Origin: a virus
Virus record (IMG/VR): IMGVR_UViG_3300010885_049703
Location: 50,260-114,259 of that record
Reading direction: 5' to 3' (one strand)
DNA: 64,000 bases
The notes below the pieces were generated by a model that was not told the origin of the DNA, did not search any database, and saw nothing but the letters and a program-made list of their open reading frames with translations. This document shows positions 36,850 through 46,179 of the stretch, one piece after another. A program made the translations under genes and the position numbers. Position 1 is the first letter of the stretch. Every line of letters starts with the position of its first letter.

Positions 36850-37634
36850 AGTTTCCTTGCTTTGATTAATAAATGCCAACCCAGATATTCTTTCACTGCA
36901 TCACGCATGGTATCACTCATGGCAGCAAACCAAGGTTCCAATTCATAGCGACCTTCGCGGTATGCTGGTATGTTATACATAAAACAGTGATCCTGCCTAA
37001 TACGTTCTATTTCAAACTGACCATTGAGCATCTGATAAATTTCACCTCTAGTAAATGCTTCGGCGTATGGACATTCAGCCTGTGCTTCAAACTGATCCAG
37101 CCCCTTTTGAATCATTGCATACTTCCAGGAGTTTTTAGCATACACCATAAAACGGAACTCGCCCCCAGGTGCCACTAAACTGTGAATCTCTTGAATGTGT
37201 TGTGCAATATTGGGTGAATGATGTATGACACCATAACTGTACACAAGATCAAACTTGCCAAGATTTTCTATTGCTGTTGCATCATCTGGATCAAGTAAAT
37301 TGATATTGCGGAAATCGCCATGTAAATCTAGAGTTTGGAATCGGTCACGACAGATGTTTAAACTAGCATCACTGATATCAATGCCTGTGTATTCAGCACC
37401 GTGACGCACAAACTGTTCAGCGTCAGTTCCAATACCACACCCAATCTCCAACACCCGCTTGCCTTGCCAGCGATGAAACTGTGCAAAGTCAAGTATGTGT
37501 GGCTCTACACGATAACGACGTGCAGTGACTTCTTCAAAGTACTCTACCGAACCCAAGGGTCGTTGACTGTGACGAATGTTGCAGGGTTGGCGATCCCAAT
37601 AGGATTTTATTTTTTCTTCAAGTTGTTGAGACAT
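36846..37634 (-). CDS. Class I SAM-dependent methyltransferase
   Basis: VLEIGCGIGTD, GIDIS, FDLVYSYGVIHH, PGG. Confidence 0.92.
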   Translation of the reverse strand: MSQQLEEKIKSYWDRQPCNIRHSQRPLGSVEYFEEVTARRYRVEPHILDFAQFHRWQGKRVLEIGCGIGTDAEQFVRHGAEYTGIDISDASLNICRDRFQTLDLHGDFRNINLLDPDDATAIENLGKFDLVYSYGVIHHSPNIAQHIQEIHSLVAPGGEFRFMVYAKNSWKYAMIQKGLDQFEAQAECPYAEAFTRGEIYQMLNGQFEIERIRQDHCFMYNIPAYREGRYELEPWFAAMSDTMRDAVKEYLGWHLLIKARKL

Positions 37635-38484
37635 TAACTGATCCTGATGACATATTGACTTCTCTTTTAGTTGTAGTCATTTGCTTGTTGATGTCGTTAG
37701 CTTCAAGTTTTTCCCAGGGATTCTGTTGGTTGATCTTGACATTCTCCCAAAAAGTAGTATCTATGCCCTTTGATTTCAAATAGCCGGCAATTTTTTCAGT
37801 GTCTGACATTCTATGATTAAACCATTTGACACTATGAAAATCTTCGGGACTGTCAGGCTTACCCTCCAGCATTGGACGATTCTTAAATGTTTCATCATGG
37901 TTGTTGCCGGTGAGATCGTACCGATCATGCTCAACCCACACTGGAATACGCTCCAGGATGTCCACCATGTATGCGATTTGACTCATCCAAGCGTCACTGA
38001 TCTGATGTGGACTCATATATCCAAACATATCAAGCCAGTCTCTGGGAATAATTGGAAAAATACTGTAAGGATGTTCTCTATGAGTATGCACAGCCAATAA
38101 CTTGAATTGACCTTGATACTTCATAATTTCTACATTCCAGCCTTGACTTTGCATCACAGCATCATCATTCCAGAACATTAACCATGCGGCATCGCTGTTT
38201 TTAGCTAGTTCTGTAACGTACTCATTAAGTCTAATATACCCCATGGGTTCAAAGCTCATTGCAGTATAATGTACACCTCGATCATCTAACAATGGTTGTA
38301 AAGATTCTTCCCAGTGTTTGATACCAACTTCGTCATCGTCATCAAAGCCCAGGATAATTTGTATTGTTGATAGGTCTTGAACACGATTAATTAAACTCAT
38401 TATACTGCGTGTCAGCGTCATTGTGCGCCCGCGAGTGGGCAACAAAACTGCTATGTCATACTCATATGAATGTTGTTTTTCCAT
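37618..38484 (-). CDS. GT2-like (GT-A) glycosyltransferase
   Basis: VLLPTRGR, FDDDD, FWNDD, SDAW. Confidence 0.75.
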   Translation of the reverse strand: MEKQHSYEYDIAVLLPTRGRTMTLTRSIMSLINRVQDLSTIQIILGFDDDDEVGIKHWEESLQPLLDDRGVHYTAMSFEPMGYIRLNEYVTELAKNSDAAWLMFWNDDAVMQSQGWNVEIMKYQGQFKLLAVHTHREHPYSIFPIIPRDWLDMFGYMSPHQISDAWMSQIAYMVDILERIPVWVEHDRYDLTGNNHDETFKNRPMLEGKPDSPEDFHSVKWFNHRMSDTEKIAGYLKSKGIDTTFWENVKINQQNPWEKLEANDINKQMTTTKREVNMSSGSVNVSTT

Positions 38485-38498
38485 TTATTCCTCAAATA

Positions 38499-38996
38499 TT
38501 ATGCAAATAAGTCTTCGTTCCAATGTCTATGTCCCTCGCGGAAAGCCATGTTACTTTGTGTTTCACGTACTTCTACTCGATAACACCACAAACGTTCTGC
38601 TTCACCAGGTCCCCACATATCTGGAATATACACTCCATTGACATACTTGTAAAGCATATCGGCTAGCCCCTCGCAGCCTAATCGTGGAAGAATGGTGAGT
38701 TTGGCCATGTTACGCTGTTGTAACAGTTTAAATGTCTCCAATTCTGGATCATCTTGTGCAACTAACAAGGTGTGATCAAACTGATCTTCTAAAATCTTCT
38801 TTAGTTCTTTGAGTCCACCGTAGTCAGCAGCCCAATTGCGCACATCTAAGTTATCGGTACCAAAGTAAAACTTCATGCTGAATGCATAGCCATGTATTAG
38901 ATTGCAGTGGCTATCAGCACGCCATTGCCGGTAGGCACAGGGAAAGGCATTGTGGTATTCTTTGGTACTAGTATAATTGTATGTAACAGATTGCAT
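38499..38996 (-). CDS. queD: 6-carboxy-5,6,7,8-tetrahydropterin synthase
   Basis: SHCNLIHGY (CxxxHGx), DYGGLKELK, FDHTL, VEVRET. Confidence 0.9.
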   Translation of the reverse strand: MQSVTYNYTSTKEYHNAFPCAYRQWRADSHCNLIHGYAFSMKFYFGTDNLDVRNWAADYGGLKELKKILEDQFDHTLLVAQDDPELETFKLLQQRNMAKLTILPRLGCEGLADMLYKYVNGVYIPDMWGPGEAERLWCYRVEVRETQSNMAFREGHRHWNEDLFA

Positions 38997-39002
38997 TGTT
39001 TT

Positions 39003-39065
39003 CTCCTATAAGTTAATATAGGCTTGCAGAGTTTGTATAGCGGGATGAATGCTCTAAAGGCCGCT
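39003..39065 (-). promoter_or_regulatory. Candidate variant preQ1-I-like riboswitch with SD-sequestering hairpin
   Basis: P1 AGCGG/CCGCU; pseudoknot UAGAG/CUCUG; A-rich L3 AUACAAA; CCUAUA/UAUAGG hairpin over the SD; TATAAT at 39076-39081. Confidence 0.65.
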
Positions 39066-39076
39066 GTTGAAAACTA

Positions 39077-39766
39077 TTATATATGGTTTTCTCGGACTTT
39101 GTCTACATTATAGGTAAACACAGTTAGATATTTTTTATAATGATGTTCGCTGCTACTGCAATGGAGTTGAGTACGATCCCAAGAAATCACATCGCCAAGA
39201 TTCCAATCAACGATTTGTTCTATAGTCAGTCCGTGTAAATCTTCTATGGGCATATAGCTCAGATAGTCATGATATGTTTTTTCATCAAATTGATGATCGT
39301 TTATATTAACCACTTGACTATAATCAGCAACAGTACCCTGAGCTAATCCCAAAACATTTGATGCACGATCAATGGATTGTTTGAGATCAAGTCTTGAAAA
39401 CTTAGTACTGGCACCAAACCAATAGTTATCAAAAAACACGGTTGATGCTTTTGGGGAGAAATCCAACGGTATTAAAAAAGATGGTCCCAAACATTCAGCA
39501 GACCACTCACGATGTGAATCCACATGTACTTTTTGATTATACGAACGTTGATAGAAGAAAATTAATTCATCGACTGCCCAATTAAAATTTGCCAACTTGT
39601 TGATAATATCAGTAACTATTTGTTGTGGCCATTCGTCAACATCCCAGTGAGGATGCTTGCTTGACATAGTGGGACGATGATCCCAAGGACCATCTTCCTG
39701 ATCAAAATAATTTTTAAGACTAGCAATATCTTCCGGGGATACTATATCCTTGTACACTTTAGCCAT
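39077..39766 (-). CDS. Fe(II)/2OG oxygenase-like protein
   Basis: HVD ... WDRTQLHCSS ... K. Confidence 0.6.
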   Translation of the reverse strand: MAKVYKDIVSPEDIASLKNYFDQEDGPWDHRPTMSSKHPHWDVDEWPQQIVTDIINKLANFNWAVDELIFFYQRSYNQKVHVDSHREWSAECLGPSFLIPLDFSPKASTVFFDNYWFGASTKFSRLDLKQSIDRASNVLGLAQGTVADYSQVVNINDHQFDEKTYHDYLSYMPIEDLHGLTIEQIVDWNLGDVISWDRTQLHCSSSEHHYKKYLTVFTYNVDKVRENHI

Positions 39767-40160
39767 TGGGATTTTTATAACCTTCTCGTTTATAATTGGC
39801 CTGTCCAGCGATTACACCACGTACCCCGCCAACAGGATCTTCGCAGTCTCCATGACGTCGGGGTATCAGATGTACATGTGGATACATCACAGTTTGCCCG
39901 GCAGCCTCGCCAAAGTTAATACCAATGTTAAATCCATCACATTCACCTTGCTCAACCAATTTGTTGCCATGGGTTGTAGCCGAATACACTGCCTCATTGA
40001 TAGTACTCACGGTATTATATCTCGGAACAAATAGTAAATGTCCTGGAGTAACTGGATAGCGATCACGATATACTACTACATGAAAATCTTCCCATACAAC
40101 ATCATCCCATGGTGCAATACTTTGTTTTTGAGCTTGTTCTAAATTATTCACACCAGTCAT
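39759..40160 (-). CDS. HIT family nucleotide hydrolase
   Basis: DRYPVTPGHLL, GFNIGIN.GEAAGQTV, HVHLIPR. Confidence 0.93.
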   Translation of the reverse strand: MTGVNNLEQAQKQSIAPWDDVVWEDFHVVVYRDRYPVTPGHLLFVPRYNTVSTINEAVYSATTHGNKLVEQGECDGFNIGINFGEAAGQTVMYPHVHLIPRRHGDCEDPVGGVRGVIAGQANYKREGYKNPNG

Positions 40161-40371
40161 CGCTTTCCATGTAAACAGATGCTTGTTCACGAGCAGATTC
40201 TATGCTTTCTGCAACAACAGTGAGAGTAGCAACACCGTGTTTGATATGAATGTCAAACGGCACACGGCCCATGGGCAACCAACCATCGTCAACTCGCAAA
40301 CGAACTTTGTAGCTACGCATTTGTTGTGCTCGGCTTATGATTTCTTGAGTATAGTCGGCTGCTGTTTTCAT
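40144..40371 (-). CDS. Hypothetical protein
   Basis: Coupled ORF. Confidence 0.6.
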   Translation of the reverse strand: MKTAADYTQEIISRAQQMRSYKVRLRVDDGWLPMGRVPFDIHIKHGVATLTVVAESIESAREQASVYMESDDWCE

Positions 40372-40372
40372 A

Positions 40373-40567
40373 TCAGTCCCGCGGCATTGTTGCTGCTTCT
40401 TTGATCAGCTCTACAAGTTCTTCAACTGTTGATACTATGATTTTAGTATTCTTCCATTCGTCGTTGTCATCACGTCCGCCAACTTCAATCATAAATCCGT
40501 TGTCGTACATGTTGATAGTAAATGCTTCATTTACTTTAGTGAGTTTGTCACTGATTGTTGTTGCCAT
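40373..40567 (-). CDS. Hypothetical protein
   Basis: SD AAGGAG; YDNGFMIEVGGRD. Confidence 0.7.
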   Translation of the reverse strand: MATTISDKLTKVNEAFTINMYDNGFMIEVGGRDDNDEWKNTKIIVSTVEELVELIKEAATMPRD

Positions 40568-40590
40568 GTTCTCTCCTTGATTAGTTGAAT

Positions 40591-40923
40591 TTACTTTTTT
40601 TTACCAAATAGTGATTTTGACTTCTTTGCTAATTCTTGCTGCCGCTTTTTTTCTGCTGCTTCTTTAGCATCGGCTGCTTTTTTGGCTGATTCTCGTTCTC
40701 GTTCAATACGAATTGCATCTTCTTGACCTTGTGCAATCATTTTTTTAAACAGCAGAATTACTCGATCCTTTTCTCGCTCTGAAATTATCTTGACAGCTTC
40801 TACTTTTCCTTCGTAACTTTTGGCACTGTCTAAGAAACCTTCGGGTACTGCTAGTTTCTTTTTCTTGGGTTTTAATGCATCTAACTTCTTTTTAAACTCT
40901 TCTGGGGTGTCTTCTGTGGACAT
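40591..40923 (-). CDS. Hypothetical charged helical protein
   Basis: SD AGGA; K/E-rich. Confidence 0.65.
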   Translation of the reverse strand: MSTEDTPEEFKKKLDALKPKKKKLAVPEGFLDSAKSYEGKVEAVKIISEREKDRVILLFKKMIAQGQEDAIRIERERESAKKAADAKEAAEKKRQQELAKKSKSLFGKKK

Positions 40924-40996
40924 GGTTTTTATTTCCTATAATATAGTGAGTTCCCCCACTATACTATGTATCAATTAACCATGCTGGATTATCCCA

Positions 40997-41764
40997 TCAT
41001 CTAGGCGCAAACTCTTGTTGTAGTTTGATATTGTCCATGAACTCTTTCTTGACACTGGGGTCATCTTTGAATGCACCTGTTAGCACAGTGGTTTGTGTCA
41101 ATGAACTATGTGCCATGATGCCGCGATTCTCACAGCAACCATGTGTGGCTTGTATGTACACACCTACGTTTTTACTGCCAGTGGCCTTCATGATCTCTCT
41201 AGCGATATCATTGCACAACTCTTCTTGTAGTGTGCCACGGCGAGCACACCACTGAGCAATGCGAGTATACTTGCTCAAACCAATGAGCTTTTGAGCAGCA
41301 ATGATTCCAATGTATGCAACTCCGCTGACTGGTTGATGATGGTGACTGCACATACTACGAAGCTCGCTGCGAACAACCAGCATGCCTTCATAACGGTCTG
41401 TTGTGTCGTTTGGAAATGCTGTTGCATCTGGAGCAGGTTCGTATCTTCCTGCCATGATTTCGTTAAAGTACATCTTGGCTAATCTACGTGCTGTGCCTTG
41501 ACTGTTAGGATCTGTTTCGCGATCAATCAGCAATCGATCTAGCACAGTTTCAAATGCTTCTTCGGCTTCGTCAATTAGTCTAGATTTCTGATCGTCATTA
41601 ACATAACCACTGATGTTATCACCGGCCCAGAAACGTTTCTTATCATGTTTCATTTGGGTACGTATTGCATCAGCTAGATATGATTCTTGATAATCTTTAT
41701 CACCTGCTGTTGTATTTGACGTCGGTTCGTCATCGCCGTCTACATACATTTTTTCATATACCAT
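40997..41764 (-). CDS. folE: GTP cyclohydrolase I
   Basis: TARRLAKMY, SMCSHH, GLSKYTRI, RGTLQE, HGCCENRG. Confidence 0.97.
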   Translation of the reverse strand: MVYEKMYVDGDDEPTSNTTAGDKDYQESYLADAIRTQMKHDKKRFWAGDNISGYVNDDQKSRLIDEAEEAFETVLDRLLIDRETDPNSQGTARRLAKMYFNEIMAGRYEPAPDATAFPNDTTDRYEGMLVVRSELRSMCSHHHQPVSGVAYIGIIAAQKLIGLSKYTRIAQWCARRGTLQEELCNDIAREIMKATGSKNVGVYIQATHGCCENRGIMAHSSLTQTTVLTGAFKDDPSVKKEFMDNIKLQQEFAPR

Positions 41765-41769
41765 ATTAT

Positions 41770-41831
41770 CTCCGAGTTTTAGACGTGGATGTCTATAGGT
41801 TAATTATAAACATATTTAGATCACTTGTCAA
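41770..41831 (-). promoter_or_regulatory. Consensus promoter plus candidate SD-pairing pseudoknot leader of folE
   Basis: TTGACA-N17-TATAAT; UAGAC-AUCCAC-GUCUA-AAACUC-GGAG. Confidence 0.6.
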
Positions 41832-42972
41832 GCCCAAGTTCTTCTTCTAGTTGGCGAACTGGAGAACTCCAGTCATTGGTGAAGTTTCTTATGTACTGAA
41901 TGTTATCTAAATCTTTCTGGGTTTGTAAAACAATTTCTTCATTGGCAAAGTGTATGACCAATCCTCGACGTAAGGCAGTTTCCAAAAGTTCCTGGCGATA
42001 GTCATTGTCATCGGGTAAACTGAAAATACTAAACATGATGAGATGATTGACATTGCTGGTGTGAATCATGCTTTTCAAATGTGCATGATTTAGTCCTTCG
42101 TTCTCACCGTGTTGATAGGGAAACTTGTATCCTTTCTTGGTACAATAATGTCGAACTGCCAAGGTTTGGAAATGCAGATCAATGTTGCGTGTTTTGACAC
42201 CATCGTACTCCATGTAGCACACTACAATATCTTTGGATTCATCAATAGATACCACTGCTTCTGAACTTTGATCGTGCAGTGGTCTAAAATATGCACCAGG
42301 CCATTTGCGGTGTGGCTGACCATCTCTAACCAGCAATCTGATATCAATACTGACACGAGTCTTATCAGTGCGGTTGGGAATATTGCCATGAATGTGTTCT
42401 TGGAAGAACAAATGCGCCTGACCAGGTTGCAATGTAATTGGCCAACTGTTGTCAGCACAAGTAGAGTCTAGGTATTCATAGCTCCAGTTTTCGCGTTTGG
42501 CCTGGCGTGTTATTTCCCTACTCTTATCCAGATCCATGATCTGCATTGAGTTAGATTCAAAACATGGAGTGAACGGCATCCACACAGTTCTAAGTCCAAG
42601 TCCGTTGCCTACCCACCGGCCTTGATGGAAGATCAACACAGCACCAAACTTGTCTTGATTGGGTATCAAGATTCGTAAGTTACCAAATTTTTGAATTAAC
42701 ACATCGGTGCCCAGTTGTGGAACAACATGCTCAGATACAATTTCATCAAAGTGTTGATAAAAATCAGTTTTCAGCAAGGCATGACTCACAGTGTTTTGAA
42801 CACGTTGTATGTCATGCGGTGGAATAACTTCATGTAGTGTATCCAGTGATGTGGCATTGGGATACAATTTTTGAATCTCACCTAAAATGATAGCCGGCAT
42901 GGGATGCTGGCCTAGATCATAATCTAAGGTTTGATTATCAAATGCTGCTTGGTCTTGAGTCAATTGTGTCAT
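41821..42972 (-). CDS. Fe(II)/2OG enzyme with HxG site (candidate halogenase), fused to a LIC12192-like carbohydrate-cluster domain
   Basis: FHQG in place of HxD; TVWMPF; HGN..N.T..TRVS.D.R; C-terminal YC...FSIFSLP...HFANE domain. Confidence 0.65.
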   Translation of the reverse strand: MTQLTQDQAAFDNQTLDYDLGQHPMPAIILGEIQKLYPNATSLDTLHEVIPPHDIQRVQNTVSHALLKTDFYQHFDEIVSEHVVPQLGTDVLIQKFGNLRILIPNQDKFGAVLIFHQGRWVGNGLGLRTVWMPFTPCFESNSMQIMDLDKSREITRQAKRENWSYEYLDSTCADNSWPITLQPGQAHLFFQEHIHGNIPNRTDKTRVSIDIRLLVRDGQPHRKWPGAYFRPLHDQSSEAVVSIDESKDIVVCYMEYDGVKTRNIDLHFQTLAVRHYCTKKGYKFPYQHGENEGLNHAHLKSMIHTSNVNHLIMFSIFSLPDDNDYRQELLETALRRGLVIHFANEEIVLQTQKDLDNIQYIRNFTNDWSSPVRQLEEELGLDK

Positions 42973-44744
42973 AGTGTTTCCATCCTATTTTTAATAAGTC
43001 CTTTTCTTCTTGCAGTGTAAAAATCCCCAGTTGGACTTGAACTTCTGGCAGTGAATTTATACATAGTAGATTCATGAGCTCCTGTTATTATATTATAACT
43101 GGTTGTCAAAGTCAACGGATACTGTTGATCAAAGTCAACAATAAACCCGCGTTGTAATTCAATCAAATCTTGGTCAACTTCTGTCAACATTGACAGAGCC
43201 GACAACGCCAACTCGGCAGCGTCTTGTTGATGCTGGTACATGAATTCATAACTGATGCTATGAATTGCATGCCCTCCCACTCCATCAATCACTCCTTGTG
43301 TGAGATACCGATGTGTTTTGCTACGCACAGTATGATAATGTTCTTGAAATACTGTACTAGTGGATATCAATTTAAATAACTGATCATACAACGTTTGATA
43401 GGCAATATTTTTAACTTGTCGAGCATATCTTGCAATAATTTGTGTATATCCCATGGCATGCCAATGTATGATCATCCAGGCATAGACATATCCTTCAATG
43501 ATATCGTCTGTGGTCATAGTGCTGGTGCCTGCAACGATCTCAGTTTGCTCGGCCACCGCATCTTGATCACGACTATCAAGATTCATATAATCTTTGACCC
43601 ATATGGTTTTTAATCCATACTGTTGTCGACTCTGTGCAGTGGCCAATTCACTATTCTCTAACATCTGAGCGAACCATATGTCTATGGAATTATGTTGCCC
43701 CAACTCCAATAACTCACAAAGTCCTTGAATCCACGTATGCTTGGTTTCTAATGGTAATCCGATGATTACTTCGGTGTATGTCGGCACTTGATATTGTTCA
43801 CTGAGCTGCATGACTTCTCTGATATTGTTGACATCAAGATTTTTTCTTTTGATAGCCTCTAACGTAGATTCATTCATACTCTGTACGCTGACAGTAACAC
43901 CACGCCCATATGGTCCTAGGGTCTTGGCAATTTCAAATATTGCATTGGTACTATTTTTGGCATACTGTATGTTGATGACTTCTATTGCGGAGTTTTCAGC
44001 TCGTTGTCGCATAAGCCTGCTGATCTCTAAATCTCTGTCAACGAAAATTCCAAAATTAGCATCTGCACAAAAAATATATGCCACTTGATGTGAAGCAGCC
44101 CACTCCAACTCACTGTCAACTCTTTCAAGCCCAAAGCGTTTTATTTTACTGTATGTCACTCCGCCCCAGTCACAAAAGGTACAAGCATATGGACAACCAC
44201 GGTTAGTTTCCAAGGTCATTGCCCAAACTGCATCAGGGTTTGCTGATATTATATTGTCAAACACTCCTGTGAGATACGGACTTGGTATATCTAAGTCTTG
44301 TAATCGATCAGCAGGATATAACGCATCCACGGTGTTGTTGTGTAATATACTTCTCAGTATCTTTACAAAACTTTCTTCACCTTCGGCCAGTGCAATAGCA
44401 TCAATAAACTGATGTGCATACATTTGCGAGGAACTCTGAGGCCCACCAAATATTATCACACAATCAGGAAATTTAATTTTTACTTGTCGGGCCAACTCCA
44501 AACAATACTGTTCGTTCCACATGTAGCAGCTGAAGCCACACAGCACAGGATCATCAAGCTCACAAATGACTTGATCAATCGGGTCTCGGCGAAAGTACAA
44601 TCCAGCAAGTTGAAAATTATCAACTATGTCTGTGAACTGACCGGCATAACTCCAAAGACATCCGGCACTGTAAGGTAACCAATAATTAGGCTTGTTCTGA
44701 AACTCTACAACATATTGCGGTTGAAACAAGTATACATTCTTCAC
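42969..44744 (-). CDS. B12-binding domain radical SAM protein
   Basis: LPYSAG.LW.YA, GFSCYMWN, GGP, EGE, ETNRGCPYACTFCDWG, DANFG; GTG start coupled to the upstream stop. Confidence 0.9.
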   Translation of the reverse strand: MKNVYLFQPQYVVEFQNKPNYWLPYSAGCLWSYAGQFTDIVDNFQLAGLYFRRDPIDQVICELDDPVLCGFSCYMWNEQYCLELARQVKIKFPDCVIIFGGPQSSSQMYAHQFIDAIALAEGEESFVKILRSILHNNTVDALYPADRLQDLDIPSPYLTGVFDNIISANPDAVWAMTLETNRGCPYACTFCDWGGVTYSKIKRFGLERVDSELEWAASHQVAYIFCADANFGIFVDRDLEISRLMRQRAENSAIEVINIQYAKNSTNAIFEIAKTLGPYGRGVTVSVQSMNESTLEAIKRKNLDVNNIREVMQLSEQYQVPTYTEVIIGLPLETKHTWIQGLCELLELGQHNSIDIWFAQMLENSELATAQSRQQYGLKTIWVKDYMNLDSRDQDAVAEQTEIVAGTSTMTTDDIIEGYVYAWMIIHWHAMGYTQIIARYARQVKNIAYQTLYDQLFKLISTSTVFQEHYHTVRSKTHRYLTQGVIDGVGGHAIHSISYEFMYQHQQDAAELALSALSMLTEVDQDLIELQRGFIVDFDQQYPLTLTTSYNIITGAHESTMYKFTARSSSPTGDFYTARRKGLIKNRMETL

Positions 44745-45259
44745 TGCTGCAGCCCAGTGATTTGCATAGTATACCTGGAATGATTGCCAAAGTTTCCGGC
44801 TATGTGCGTGGCAGTTCCAGTCCAGGACACCCAATCACCGGCTCTCCAGTCATCAAAGCATTGACCATCACAGTGAAAGATTTGTCCCATTTGCCAGTTG
44901 GTCAAAAATATCAACACTCTTGTGATAGTTTCAATATCTGTAACATTGTGATTCTTGCTGTATCTTCTATACAAATCACCATGCAATGGTTGTATAAGTC
45001 CGGGCTGCATGTGATGAACAACTATAAATTTTTCTTTGAGTTCAGGCCACGGATCTTGGTGCCAAAAGTTATTGGTGTTGATGTCATCGGCAACTTCCAG
45101 TGAAATCATATCCCAATAGCGATCACGATCAGCTACATCACTCCAGACATAGATATCTTCGCCACGACTGGGACTGTCAGACATATCCTTGCGTTGATAA
45201 ACCAACTGATCTAATGTCTGTTGATTCCAAATTGGATCAATATGTCCGTGTCTGATCAT
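44741..45259 (-). CDS. Fe(II)/2OG oxygenase / cupin
   Basis: PG..QPLHGD ... H.AGN.G..SRYTMQITG. Confidence 0.75.
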   Translation of the reverse strand: MIRHGHIDPIWNQQTLDQLVYQRKDMSDSPSRGEDIYVWSDVADRDRYWDMISLEVADDINTNNFWHQDPWPELKEKFIVVHHMQPGLIQPLHGDLYRRYSKNHNVTDIETITRVLIFLTNWQMGQIFHCDGQCFDDWRAGDWVSWTGTATHIAGNFGNHSRYTMQITGLQQ

Positions 45260-46179
45260 TTTATCTCTAAGTTATTGCGCCAAATTTCTATGGTACGATC
45301 TAGACCCTGTGAAAGATCAACTGTTGGCTGCCAGCCCAGCAACTGGTGTATGAGATTGTTATTGCTATTCAACCAATAGATCTCACCAGGACGACGAGGT
45401 TTTGAATCCCAATGCATGGTTCCTGACCAGCCAATTTTATCGGCAATCATTGCAGCGTAGTTATCAATGCGTATGGGATCGTTTGGTCCCACAGTCATCA
45501 CAATACCAGTGCCAACAACATCAGGATTTTCAATCACACGCACCCAGGCTTCTAATAAGTCAGTAATAAAAATAAAATTACGATAAGGAGTTCGATAACC
45601 AAGGTAGACATGATCAGGATTTTTCAACATTTGTGTTATAATTTGTTCAGTGACAAAGAAATCATTGTCACGACGGCCATAGCTATTAGTTTGACGTATA
45701 GCAGTCCAAGGAAACTCATGAGATCGATGCATGTACTCAAGATACTTTTCCACTGCTAATTTAGCTACAGCATATGGGGCATTGGGGTGCGGAACAGTGT
45801 TTTCATCAAATGCAATTGGAGTTCCTGGTTTACCAGTCAATTGCACTTCATCACTGATAGGCTGCCACCCATACACTTCCATGGTTGATGCAAACACAAA
45901 GTTTTTTAGATTGGGCAACTTGGCTGCTGCTTCAATGAGATTCACTGATGCCACATAGTTGACCTCACTGAAACTGGTTTGTTCGTAAAAACTTTTTTCG
46001 ACTTCGGTTCGAGCAGCCAGATGCACTACTACATCTGGACTTTGCTCTAGCAGTTCTTGTTCAACAGCCGCAAAATCCAATAAGTCACTTTGCATTGCAT
46101 AGACTTCGTGCCGTGATTGTAGTATTGGCACAAGATGACTGCCAATGAATCCAGATGCTCCAGTTACAAATATTTTCAT
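45256..46179 (-). CDS. NDP-sugar 4,6-dehydratase/epimerase (extended SDR)
   Basis: TGASGFIG, HLAA, STMEVYG, YAVAK. Confidence 0.92.
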   Translation of the reverse strand: MKIFVTGASGFIGSHLVPILQSRHEVYAMQSDLLDFAAVEQELLEQSPDVVVHLAARTEVEKSFYEQTSFSEVNYVASVNLIEAAAKLPNLKNFVFASTMEVYGWQPISDEVQLTGKPGTPIAFDENTVPHPNAPYAVAKLAVEKYLEYMHRSHEFPWTAIRQTNSYGRRDNDFFVTEQIITQMLKNPDHVYLGYRTPYRNFIFITDLLEAWVRVIENPDVVGTGIVMTVGPNDPIRIDNYAAMIADKIGWSGTMHWDSKPRRPGEIYWLNSNNNLIHQLLGWQPTVDLSQGLDRTIEIWRNNLEIK

